Positions 53,304 through 64,000 of a stretch of DNA of 64,000 nt are shown piece by piece. Origin of the DNA: Macrostomum lignano. Lineage: Eukaryota. Positions within the stretch are counted from its first letter, which is position 1. Each line of letters starts with the position of its first letter. The notes beneath the pieces are model-generated. The model was not told the DNA's origin. It was given only the letters and a program-made list of their open reading frames with translations, and searched no databases. The translations under genes and the position numbers were made by a program. The stretch covers positions 99,515 through 163,514 of the forward strand of contig NIVC01002106.1 in NCBI GenBank assembly GCA_002269645.1, read 5' to 3'.

Positions 53304-54529
53304 CACAAATTAAATTGAGCTAGATAGGTACTGGGTGTTAAAATGATAGTACAATCCCGCAATCCCAGCCTTGCTGTTAATCTCTTTTTGCCCCACCTAA
53401 CAAGCAGAATTGGCCCGCAATCGGAGGTAACCGCCGCTCTCTCCCCTGCTGGGAAGATTGAAAGCCCCTCCCATTGAAAACGGGAGAAAGAATTCCGTTT
53501 CCCCAGCACTCGAGGAGAGCACAGCTCGCAATCGGCAGATTCCTGTAACAAAATTGGCTCCCCGCCATCAACTTGTTATCGCTTTAGCCAGTCAGTTGGG
53601 GGGGGGGGGCATTGGGATAAACGGATTTACAAAATCTACTTAACAACTGACGCCTTATCAAATCAAACGAGCGGGCCTCCCAAACCGACACCTCTCGGCC
53701 GACAATGGGGCTGAGCAGGGATGCGATTTACTCACGTGAAATTGAGTCAGAGCCACGTGGCCACTTCTCGGTAGTCCTGGCCAGTTATTATTGTCAGCCG
53801 CTGCTCGCTAAACAGAGTAATCTTGCTTTCTGCCCCTGGGTTCGGGAAGATAGACTGAGTCTGGGGCAGTCGCGAGGCGTGGCGTTTATCCCTGATTGAG
53901 GCTGGGACAAATCTCTCCTAGTCGCCTCGTCATCTCCTCCTATTTAGCTTTTTTGCCGTTGATCCCCTTTTCGACCAGAGCCGAAAGCAGAGCAAAGTAA
54001 AGCCAGAAGGAAGCAGAGCTCAGATTGCCCAATTAGTCCGGGGATAATAATCCCCAGGCTCTGGGAAGCCACCGACTCGGCTAAGGAGTAATTGGCTACC
54101 AATTTCTCGGAAATGTTGCATCTTCGTCTTGCAGAAATTTGTGCCGCCCGTTATGACCTGCACCCGCGCTCTGCCTCCCGTCTGCTTTCTTCTTCTTCTG
54201 TCTCTCTGATCCGAGACTTCGTTAACTTTGAAGATTGGCAAAGGGGGCGCTGCGGCAATTGCAGAGAAAGAGCAGAAAGTGGAAAATTAGTTGAAGAAAA
54301 GCCAGTTATACTTTTGTTCCAGATTGTAATTTCTCAAAATTAGGAATCATGACTGAAATCTGGCATGCCGGAAGCAGGATCGGAGCAATGAGTGTACTGA
54401 TTAAAGAGCAAATATCTGATTGAGTTACTTCAGTTGAAGGCAGGCAGGCATTGGAGGCCAAGACTTCCACACCAACCATCTTACTCGTACAGTCTAGCTG
54501 ACACCTTCACTGCAGCCACAGCAGTTCAT

Positions 54530-55606
<1,077 letters not shown>

Positions 55607-56817
55607 CTCCTGGGGAAACCCGGCTCAGTTTCTGTTTTCCCCATCCCTTCCCATGCTAGATTTGGCTTTAACCAAGCATTGCAGACTTACATGTAGCACT
55701 GCTATTACCAGTATTTCTCGTATGCTGAAAATATGAGGCATGCAATTTTTTGAATCCAGCAGCAGAGAGAACTCATTAATTTATTGTGCAATCTTTAGCT
55801 TGTTTAACAGATTTGACTTCTGCTACTTGAAGTAGAAGTATTGTGTTCTCTAATCTTATATTCGGTCTAGTGTTACAGATTAATGATGACATCTAAAAAA
55901 AGATCGTTGAATTCAGTTCTGAAGATTTAATAACGAAAACTATTGCAATGATCCTTATCTTTGCATGCTACTGTTTCCCAAACATTTACCCTTAAATTTT
56001 CGTTTCATAAGTTATTCTGTCAGATTGCTGTTTTTTAATAATTAAGTTTTATCGTGTCCCTGCATTGAGCTATTGAGTTAAAGTTTTGATATAAGTAACT
56101 AAATTTTATGATGTATACAGCACCCTAATTATATGACGATGAAAGAAAATGAATAATGAACCACCTTTATTTAAAAGTTAAAAACGCCAAGTCGTACATG
56201 TACATGTACATATTTAAATCTTCATTCTCAGCTTGATAGTACCGGTATTGTCAGTAAGGCCGGCGCCATGTATGTACGTATACATGCTTGCCCAGCTAAC
56301 TACATGTACCGGTAGTTCTGCGAGCGCGTAGCGCGCAAGGGTCTCTCCTCTGCGTCCTAATAATATGGGGTTACATGTACATTTAGGCTCTTACAAACCA
56401 TGCAGATCGATTTGCAAATTGCTTCCCAATTTAATTGAAATACCTGCAAAAGTCTCCCTTAGCAAGCAGCACCAAAATACGAAGCATTAAAAAATACCAA
56501 TAAAATTGGCTGATAAGTTTTCAAAGAAAATCTTTGTCAGGTTAGTTTCCAACAGCTCGATGAGGAATGCCCAACGATAACGTAAAGTAGGTTAATTAAG
56601 AAAATCTTGAGGGAAAGCTCTTTAATTGTTTTATTTTTAAGCAAATTACTTCTAAGTATAAACTATATTAGTCACAAAGTGTTTAAATAGTTTGTTATAA
56701 CGGTATAAAAGCGTCCTTAGATTATTTGCATTTTTGTTTACGCGACCATTAAATCAGTAATAAAAAGTTGTAAAGGTTAGGTATTGAAAGAAAACATTCC
56801 TAAACTAAATTTTCGAG

Positions 56818-56914
56818 ATGACGCAGCCAACTATTTTTGATCATTTAATTTCATATTTAGAGCATCCGTTTTTTCAGATTCCTGTAATATCTTTCTGCGA
56901 ACAGAAATGCATTT
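56818..56914 (+). CDS. CFAP36: Cilia- and flagella-associated protein 36 (CCDC104), exon 1
   Basis: MTQPTIFDHLISYLEHPFFQIPVISFCEQKCI aligns with the BART-domain N-terminus (..W.IP...F.EQKC). An in-frame stop lies just upstream. Donor T|GTAAGT. Confidence 0.8.
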
Positions 56915-57622
56915 GTAAGTGACAACAGCAGTAGCACTAGCAGCATGTATCACTTTTAATATGATGTAATATAAAGATGTTTTGCAAACACGAAGCTGTG
57001 TAAAGTTATATTAGGAATTGGATGCAAAGAATAAAAAGCGAATTTTAAAAAATCTATTTGCTTTCAATTAGCATAACAATGCAATGATCCCACTAAAATG
57101 ATCTTATAAGATACAGTGCTATCTATATTTTTAGACGCTTGAATGCTGAGCCTAAAAGATTTTGAAATAACACTGTTGGTTAAGGAACTTTTCTCTTTTA
57201 TTTTATTTATGTGCATGAAATATCCTAACCAATGATCCTAATAATGACCAATGATAGAGAATTGCATTGCATTGTATTAGTAAATATAGTCAAAAAGTCA
57301 AATTTTTGTTAGAATTATTAGAATGCCCCTTCAAATAACTACAATGGTTTTAAACCAATTCAAACTACTTATACAAGATCTTAATAAATATGAAATTTTA
57401 ATTTTTGCTGTCAAAGTATGCCAATTGAGTCATTGACTATTCAACAAAGTTGAACTTTGTTTAGCTTATTAGCCATAAAAAAATCTCTAATTTATGCTGC
57501 CAATCAATCAAAAGATAATATTTAACAGTTGAAAATTGTTATTTTTTAACTTTGTTTTCATTAATTTTTTGCATTTCATATGAATACAAAAGTTAATTGG
57601 ACATAAAAAATTATTAATTTAG

Positions 57623-57687
57623 GCTTCAATCCAGGCACGGAAGATTGTCCAGAATACAAGCGCATTCATAAGGAGTACATTGAAGTG
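57623..57687 (+). CDS. CFAP36: CFAP36 exon 2
   Basis: TTTAG acceptor. Reads (C)FNPGTEDCPEYKRIHKEYIEV (BART Y..IH.EY motif). Donor GTGAGT. Confidence 0.85.
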
Positions 57688-57781
57688 GTGAGTTCACAAA
57701 TGCTTATTGTCCGTCTCAGTTATCTGAATACTTGAAAGTTGCCAAGAATTCTAAGAACTCCGACCAACTAATTCATCGCAG

Positions 57782-57979
57782 CTCACGGCCATACTGGACG
57801 CCTTCCGCGAGGACATGAAACTCTCGCACGACCAGGTGATCAAAGCCGTGCAGGATATCGACAGCGTGCAATCCGACTTTCGCGAATATTTTCGCGGCAT
57901 CGAGCAGGTGCTGGCCATAGAGAGCTACCCGCTGTTTGTGCGCATGATGCAGCGCTGCAACATCGAGCTGCAGGAGCAG
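57782..57979 (+). CDS. CFAP36: CFAP36 exon 3
   Basis: Reads LTAILDAFREDMKLSHDQVIKA...EQVLAIESYPLFVRMMQRCNIELQEQ (BART C-terminal F..MM..NIEL). Donor GTCAGC. Confidence 0.88.
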
Positions 57980-58201
57980 GTCAGCCGTTTGTAAAGGTCT
58001 CCCCCTCCTTTAGGCGGAGACCTGAAAAAAATCAAAGGGGGACCAAGCGCATTTTAGCTAAATATAGAGCCACCCCCTCCGCCCCCGTGGGTCTTTACCC
58101 TCCGGAATCCGCCCCCCCCATTTAAAAATATTCTGGTTGCGCCACTTAAATAAATTTCATTTGAATAAAAAGGCAGTTCAACACACACCGTCAACTTTCA
58201 G

Positions 58202-58431
58202 GCGCTGCTGCTGATCCTGCAACGCCAGGGCGTCCAGACGCCAGCCGGGCAGCCCAACCTGCAGAGCGAGGACGAAATCCTGGCGATGGTGCTGCGCCAG
58301 TCCAAGCAGGAGTTCGAGCGCGAGGAGGCCGCCAGACGGAGACGGACTGTTGCAGAAGAGTCGCTGATCAGCCGGCAGGAGGCGGAGGCCATCGGGAGGC
58401 ACAGCGCCTGGAGCACGCTAGGCTGGAAAAA
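58202..58431 (+). CDS. CFAP36: CFAP36 exon 4 (apparent 1-nt deletion near 58394-58396)
   Basis: Reads ALLLILQRQG...EDEILAMVLRQSKQEFEREE. The exon is 230 nt, and adding one G at ATCGGG gives IGEAQRLEHARLEK in phase with exon 5. Donor GTTAGT. Confidence 0.8.
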
Positions 58432-58466
58432 GTTAGTTAGTTAGTTAGTTAGTTAGTCAGTCAGTC

Positions 58467-58497
<31 letters not shown>

Positions 58498-58655
58498 CAG
58501 TCAGTCAGTCAGTCAGTCAGTCAGTCAGTCAGTCAGTCAGTCAGTCAGTCAGTCAGTCAGTCAGTCAGTCAGTCAGTCAGTCAGTCAGTCAGTCAGTTAG
58601 TTAGTTAGTTAGTTAATTAGTTAGTCAGGCAGTTAGTTAGTTAGTTAGTTAGTTA
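58432..58655. repeat. (GTTA)n/(GTCA)n microsatellite starting at the CFAP36 intron-4 donor
   Basis: Occupies ~225 of the 247-nt intron. Confidence 0.95.
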
Positions 58656-58678
58656 CTAAGCCATCGAACAATTTCCAG

Positions 58679-58945
58679 GAAATCCAGCGACTCGCCGTAT
58701 CAGACGAACCGCCGGCTCAGTCGCGCTCCTCAGCAGCTCGCCGGCAGCAGCAGCGCAGCGATGCTTCTTCGTCGTCCGGACGACCGGATGATTTCTACCT
58801 GCCGTCGGGCGTCGGGTCGGCGGCTGCTGCGGCCAGCGGTAGTGGCGGCTCGCGAGGCAGCCGCGGTGGCGCCGGGGATCGCGAGGACCAACACAAGCCG
58901 GCGCCTGGCGCGGACAAGCGCGGCAAAGCGGCCTCCGAGTTGGCT
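58679..58945 (+). CDS. CFAP36: CFAP36 exon 5 (low-complexity linker)
   Basis: TTTCCAG acceptor. 89 codons, EIQRLAVSDEPP...KAASELA. Donor GTGAGC. Confidence 0.75.
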
Positions 58946-59151
58946 GTGAGCGGCACTTGGCTTCTTTTTAAATGCTTTTTTGAGTAGGAGGAAGGGGCAG
59001 TAAGGTCGAGAAGGGACGGTAGAACGAAGAGAGGAGTTGAGTTATTGAGAGCGGGATAGAGTAGAGAAGATTGAGAATGTGAGTTCGTCGATAAAGCATA
59101 CAACCATGGCTATATCTTGGTCATTCCTATCGCCCCCACCAATCACCACAG

Positions 59152-59340
59152 GAGTCACTCAGCAGCCTGTCGCACGAGGAGATCCTGAAACGTCAGGAGT
59201 TTCTACGCAACCAGCGCGACAAACTGGTGGCAATGAAGCAGCGGGAGCGGGAGGCTCAGCTGGCCAAGCACGAGCGTTCGGCCGGACGGGACCGGCCGTC
59301 CAGCGCCAGGGCGGCCCGCTCGGCCATGTCCGGTCGGCCG
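59152..59340 (+). CDS. CFAP36: CFAP36 exon 6
   Basis: Reads ESLSSLSHEEILKRQEFLRNQRDKLVAMKQREREAQL...RPSSARAARSAMSGRP (conserved R..YL..QRDKL motif). Donor GTGAGT. Confidence 0.88.
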
Positions 59341-59389
59341 GTGAGTTTCTTCGTATAGGGCAAATAAATCACAATGAATCCCTGGATCG

Positions 59390-59790
59390 CCCCTGAACTA
59401 CCAAATAAATCGGCCCTGAACTACCAACTGAATCGGGCCTGAACTACCAAATGAATCGGGCCTGAACTACCAAATGAATCGGCCCTGAACTACCAACTGA
59501 ATCGGCCCTGAGCTACCAAATAAATCGGCCCTGAACTACCAAATGAATCGGGCCTGAACTACAAAATAAATCGGCCCTGAGCTACCAAATAAATCGGCCC
59601 TGAACTACCAAATGAATCGGCCCTGAACTACCAAATAAATCGGCCCTGAGCTACCAAATAAATCGGCCCTGAACTACCAAATGAATCGGCCCTGAACTAC
59701 CAAATAAATCGGCCCTGAACTACCAAATCAATCGCCCCTGAACTACCAACTGAATCGGGCCTGAACTACCAAATAAATCGCCCCTGAGCT
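59390..59790. repeat. 23-bp minisatellite GCCCTGAACTACCAAATAAATCG, about 17 copies, in CFAP36 intron 6
   Basis: Period of 23 is directly visible. Confidence 0.93.
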
Positions 59791-59813
59791 ATACCAAAAT
59801 GTCGCCATGATAG

Positions 59814-59960
59814 GATAAAAGCTCCGCAGTCTCACAACCGGTTTGCCATTCCTCAGGAGGACTCGGACCGCCGAAGCGGAGCGCCGATGACGAGCGGAAG
59901 CTGGCCATGCGCAGGGCCATCGCAGCCAAGCTCAAAGAAGAGGTAATCGACTCAAAGTGA
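59814..59960 (+). CDS. CFAP36: CFAP36 terminal exon
   Basis: Ends DDERKLAMRRAIAAKLKEEVIDSK*, matching the conserved LA.KLKEEVI C-terminus. The in-phase acceptor is ATAG at 59813; nearer AGs are out of phase, so the 5' boundary is less certain. Confidence 0.8.
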   Translation, partial: DKSSAVSQPVCHSSGGLGPPKRSADDERKLAMRRAIAAKLKEEVIDSK

Positions 59961-60617
59961 TTCCTAATAAAATATCCGAATTCGTTACTAACGATACTCA
60001 TATAATTAAAGCATCATAAAAATAAAGTCCTCAAATTCAGGAAAATGCCGGTTTTTTATTTAAACTTGCAATTGTTACTCCAGTTAGGAAAAATATTTAA
60101 TATCGTGAATGTAAATATTTTTAAACCTACGCTTTAACTCCCGAAATTATTACCCATTTTATCCAGCTTCAGCAGTGATGATGAAGCCAAAAATATCTTT
60201 GGCGAGGCAATGATGGTGATTGATCCAGCCTCTCTCTCTATTCCTTTGGATCGTAATCGTTTAATTGCTATTTCTATCTTTAATGTGTTGCTATATTGTG
60301 TTCTATCTTTCTTTTGCTATCTATCTTGCACGTATTTGCTTGTTTTTTTTTAATTTATGAGCACATCTTACCTATCGATAAAAGGTTCTCCGAAATATCT
60401 ATCTTTGAGATCAATTATTAGGTGAATTGGAGTATTTGGTCTATTTGGGATGCTTTTGTAGTCAATGCAGAAAAATGATGCGATGTGGATACAGAGGTAT
60501 CAATAGGATGAAAACAAATGCTAATTTCTAATCCGACATTTATACTTCTGATAACATTGGACTCCCCCAGCTCCTCAGCTTAACAACTTCTATCGCATAT
60601 CTTATCTTCTATTGCCT

Positions 60618-61619
60618 TAGGGGGTCGGCGAACTTCGGCCAAAACCTCTCTGTCCGGCCCTCGGGTTCTTTGAAACTGCACAATAGCAATGTGGCCCGCT
60701 CAAGGTCTCTTCTCAGCTCTCTTCTCTCTAACCTCCTCTCCTTTCTCCTCTCCCTTCTCTCCTCTCTCCTCTCCCTTCTCTCCTCTCCTCTCTCCTCTCC
60801 CTTCTCTCCTCTCCTCTCCCTTCTCTCCTCTCCCTTCTCTCCTCTCCTCTCTCCTCTCCTCTTCTCTCCCTTCTCTCCTTCTCCTCTCTCCTCTCCCTTC
60901 TCTCCTCTCCTCTCTCCTCTCCCTTCTCTCCTCTCCTCTCTCCTCTCCCTCTCTCCTCTCCCTTCTCTCCTCTCCTCTCTCCTCTCCTCTTCTCTCCCTT
61001 CTCTCCTTCTCCTCTCTCCTCTACCTTCTCTCCTATCCCTTCTCTCCTCTCCTCTCTCCTCTCCTCTTCTCTCCCTTCTCTCCTTCTCCTCTCTCCTCTC
61101 CATTCTCTCCTCTCCTCTCCTCTCCTCTCCTTCTCTCCTCTCCTCTCTCCTCTCCCTTCTCTCCTCTCCTCTCTCCTCTCCCTTCTCTCCTCTCCTCTCC
61201 TCTCCCTTCTCTCCTCTCCTCTCCTCTCCTCTCCCTTCTCTCCTCTCCTCTCTCCTCTCCCTTCTCTCCTCTCCTCTCTCCTCTCCCTTCTCTCCTCTCC
61301 TCTCTCCTCTCCCTTCTCTCCTCTCCTCTCTCCTCTCCCTTCTCTCCTCTCCTCTCTCCTCTCCCTTCTCTCCTCTCCTCTCCTCTCCCTTCTCTCCTCT
61401 CCTCTCTCCTCTCCCTATCTCTTCTTTTCTCTCTCCTCTCCCTTCTCTCCTCTCCTACCGTCTACTCACTTTTGTCTCGCCTGTCCGCCTGTCGCCCCTC
61501 GCCTTTCCTTTTTCATATTTTTCTTCTCGCTTCTCTCTCCTCTCTCCCATCCACTGGCCCGCAGTCGTGCGCTAAGGTTCCCTATCTGGCCCTTGTGGTA
61601 AGAAGTTGGCCGACCCCTG
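60618..61619. mobile_element. hAT-type MITE (copy 2, same family as 11073-11830) with internal CT-rich expansion
   Basis: Termini TAGGGGGTCGGCGAAC and GTTGGCCGACCCCTG. Subterminal sequences CACAATAGCAATGTGGCCCGCTCAAGG and CCCGCAGTCGTGCGCTA match copy 1. The CTCCT tract spans ~60705-61550. No intact TSD. Confidence 0.75.
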
Positions 61620-64000
61620 TGATTTAGAATGACTTCCTCCCTCTTGCATCTTTCTTGCAGCACTACAGCAATTTAAATGGTAGCTCCGCTTGTCCGTCCA
61701 CTCTTATCTGTAGATTCTTAACGCTTATTAGCAATTATCTTTATATAGCTATCGTACGCTCTCATGTCTAATCCGTCCTAATTAGAAGCGTCAACGCTTC
61801 AAAGTTACTATCTTTTTTGACGAGTTTCCTCCTTTTTTATTTGTGTGGTGCCGCAATTTCAGTTTATTTTTCACTAATTTAATATTAATAAATCACACAA
61901 AAGTACAAACCAACCGAGTCATTTTCTTCGCATTCCCTCACCGCAGTGCGCTTAATTGCAATGAGTCACAAAATATCCCTAAAGTACATTTGTTAAAATT
62001 TCATTTTCTCGTTTATTTATTTTTCACCTTGCTAATCACAGAATATTCGTGAATAATTAGCACAGATTACTAGAATAATTAGATTGGCCTGTAAGCACGT
62101 TTGCGTGCAAGCTACGAGGTACTTTTAGCTCAGTAGTAAATTAAACTGAAGAATAACCAAATGGGCCACTCAGGCATATACTTAGTAAAACAGCCTTCTA
62201 CTTTCAGTCAGTAGCAGTGAAGAATACATAAGCTATTTTATTTTAAAAGAATAAAGGCAGCTAAGATTACTTTGATACGTTTAGAAGGCACAGCTTGCAG
62301 GCGTAAACAAACTTGCTAATTGGTTAAGCCATTTACGTCAGTAATGTACATTAGCCACTGAAATGTACAAGGAAGATTTCGCTGGAACAACCGAGGAAGG
62401 TAATAAAAATTCGTTGGCGTGGCGGGGTTAGAGGCTGTGTGGAGTTTGAGGGTTTATCTAAGCTTTGGGGGGGGGGCGTAAGGTCTAATAAAAAAGCCTT
62501 GTCTTTAAAATACATTAAAATGCTTCAGTTTAACTTACTACTGAGCTGAAAGTAGCTTGCATGCAAATGTGCTTATAGTAGTGGCCCATCTAGTTATTCT
62601 AGTATCTGTGATGATTAGATACTGATTCTGTCAGTTATAAAAGTTGCCGCAATGAAGCAATGGAATAATGATAGATTTCACATACACTTATTCACATTTC
62701 AAACTTTCAAACAACCAGGCTTTCAAATAATCCAACAATCTCAATTATAAAAACTTCATCGAATTTTCGCTGTGTGTTGAATTATTGTAATTAAATAACC
62801 GTGATGAAAATAAATTTGCGTAAGTTTTGTAGATGAAGAAAAATTTACATATTTTGTGAAAGATTAATAATCTACGAGCTACAAACTATATATTGATTGC
62901 ATTAAAAAGAAAACGTTTTTTGTCCTACATGTATTTGCATGATAACTACAGAAATCTATCTTGGCAGAATTAGGTGAAACAATTAACAAGTAGACTCGAC
63001 AAAAAAATCGACAAGCCCGAAATCCAAGCTCCGAAACTGCAATTACAGCTGGGAGCTTTTAAAAGCCCGAAATTGTACAATGCCGAAACTTCACAACACG
63101 AACCCGAAATTTCATATAGTCGAAAATCTATATTCAACAACATTAAAAAGTCGCCACCTTTGAAGGTGCGCAGTAAATTCTAGCTCAGTATTGACTTTTG
63201 AGTGACGCAACTTGCGCCACGCGACGCAGAGTTGAGCTGGGTGTGAAGGTATTGGGAAGAGCGGAGGGCGAAGATTGGATTGGATTGAAGCTTCCGCCCG
63301 GTTTTCATAGCTTTTTCAAGCATTTTTTAATATCAAAATGGTTGGCCAGGTGACAGCTACGCTGGTTGAAAGACACTGCTCACTGGGGCAAAGGGCGGCG
63401 ACTTTTCATGTTGCTGAGTGCATAAAGTTTTCGACGTTGTGACATTTCTACCTTGTGAAGTATTTTGCTATTTGACAGTGTGAAATTTCGAGCTTGTGTA
63501 TTCTGTGGTTGAGTCTGTCTTAGGAAAGTAGGGGACTCCCAAGGCAGTCATAAGTTTCATTTACTTGACTCGATTCGCAGGGCAGCTGCAGTGGCGGTCC
63601 CGTCGCGATCAGCTGCTCCTTGGCCCTTCATTCCAAGGCCAAGAACGCCGAAGACCTCGTGGATTCATCATTGTTCTTCCGCAGAAGGAATAGGGAATAT
63701 ATTTGAGTTCGAGCGTTCAAATATGTTTAACAGCCCTGATGGGATTGAAAAGCGTTGTTTTTCTCTTGGAGTCACTGTCCAATTGAAGTACGAGCTCGTA
63801 CATCCCAATCCAATCAAAAAAATAATTAAAAAATACCGAATTTTCGGAAAAAAAGTAGACGCAATGGAAGCGCTACAACTCTGCTCAAATAATATTGCCA
63901 GTAACTTAAAAAACCATTCAGTTGCTCTTGCAACGGTTACACGCAAATAAAAATGGAATACGGCAGCGACAGTTAAAGAGAGCGCCACAAATTATACAGC

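Noticed and set aside
59280-59300. Suspected second CFAP36 frameshift
   Set aside because: On re-reading, exon 6 is 189 nt and in frame (AGRDRPSSARAARSAM). The last exon joins in phase via the acceptor at 59813.
62990-63130. Repeated CCGAAA motifs
   Set aside because: Irregular spacing and no associated termini; insufficient support for a feature.

Overview
This is eukaryotic (metazoan) genomic DNA, not prokaryotic. It has spliced genes with GT-AG introns, GC-rich coding exons and a very high density of micro- and minisatellites. That combination suggests a flatworm such as Macrostomum, which is inference only. Four genes were reconstructed by manual translation: (1) a minus-strand multi-immunoglobulin-domain protein (5 exons, at least 6 Ig domains, running off the left edge, first exon not found); (2) an unrecognised two-TM protein (first coding exon 34486-35103); (3) the homeobox gene bsx/bsh (2 coding exons); (4) CFAP36/CCDC104 (7 exons, one apparent 1-nt frameshift). 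Mobile DNA comprises two copies of a hAT-type MITE with internal CT-rich expansions, a 698-bp foldback element with ~260-bp TIRs and an 8-bp TSD, a 5'-truncated chimeric RTE-like LINE plus a remnant, and a tRNA-derived SINE candidate. About 25 tandem arrays account for most long ORFs in the track, which are artefacts. The most striking pattern is that several arrays begin or end exactly at splice sites and appear built from the splice-site sequence itself. Other highlights are a 57-bp array carrying 15 AP-1 sites, a stop-free YPASPT-repeat frame, and clusters of the palindromes TACATGTA and TAGGCCTA. No CRISPR, rRNA or intact tRNA gene was found.
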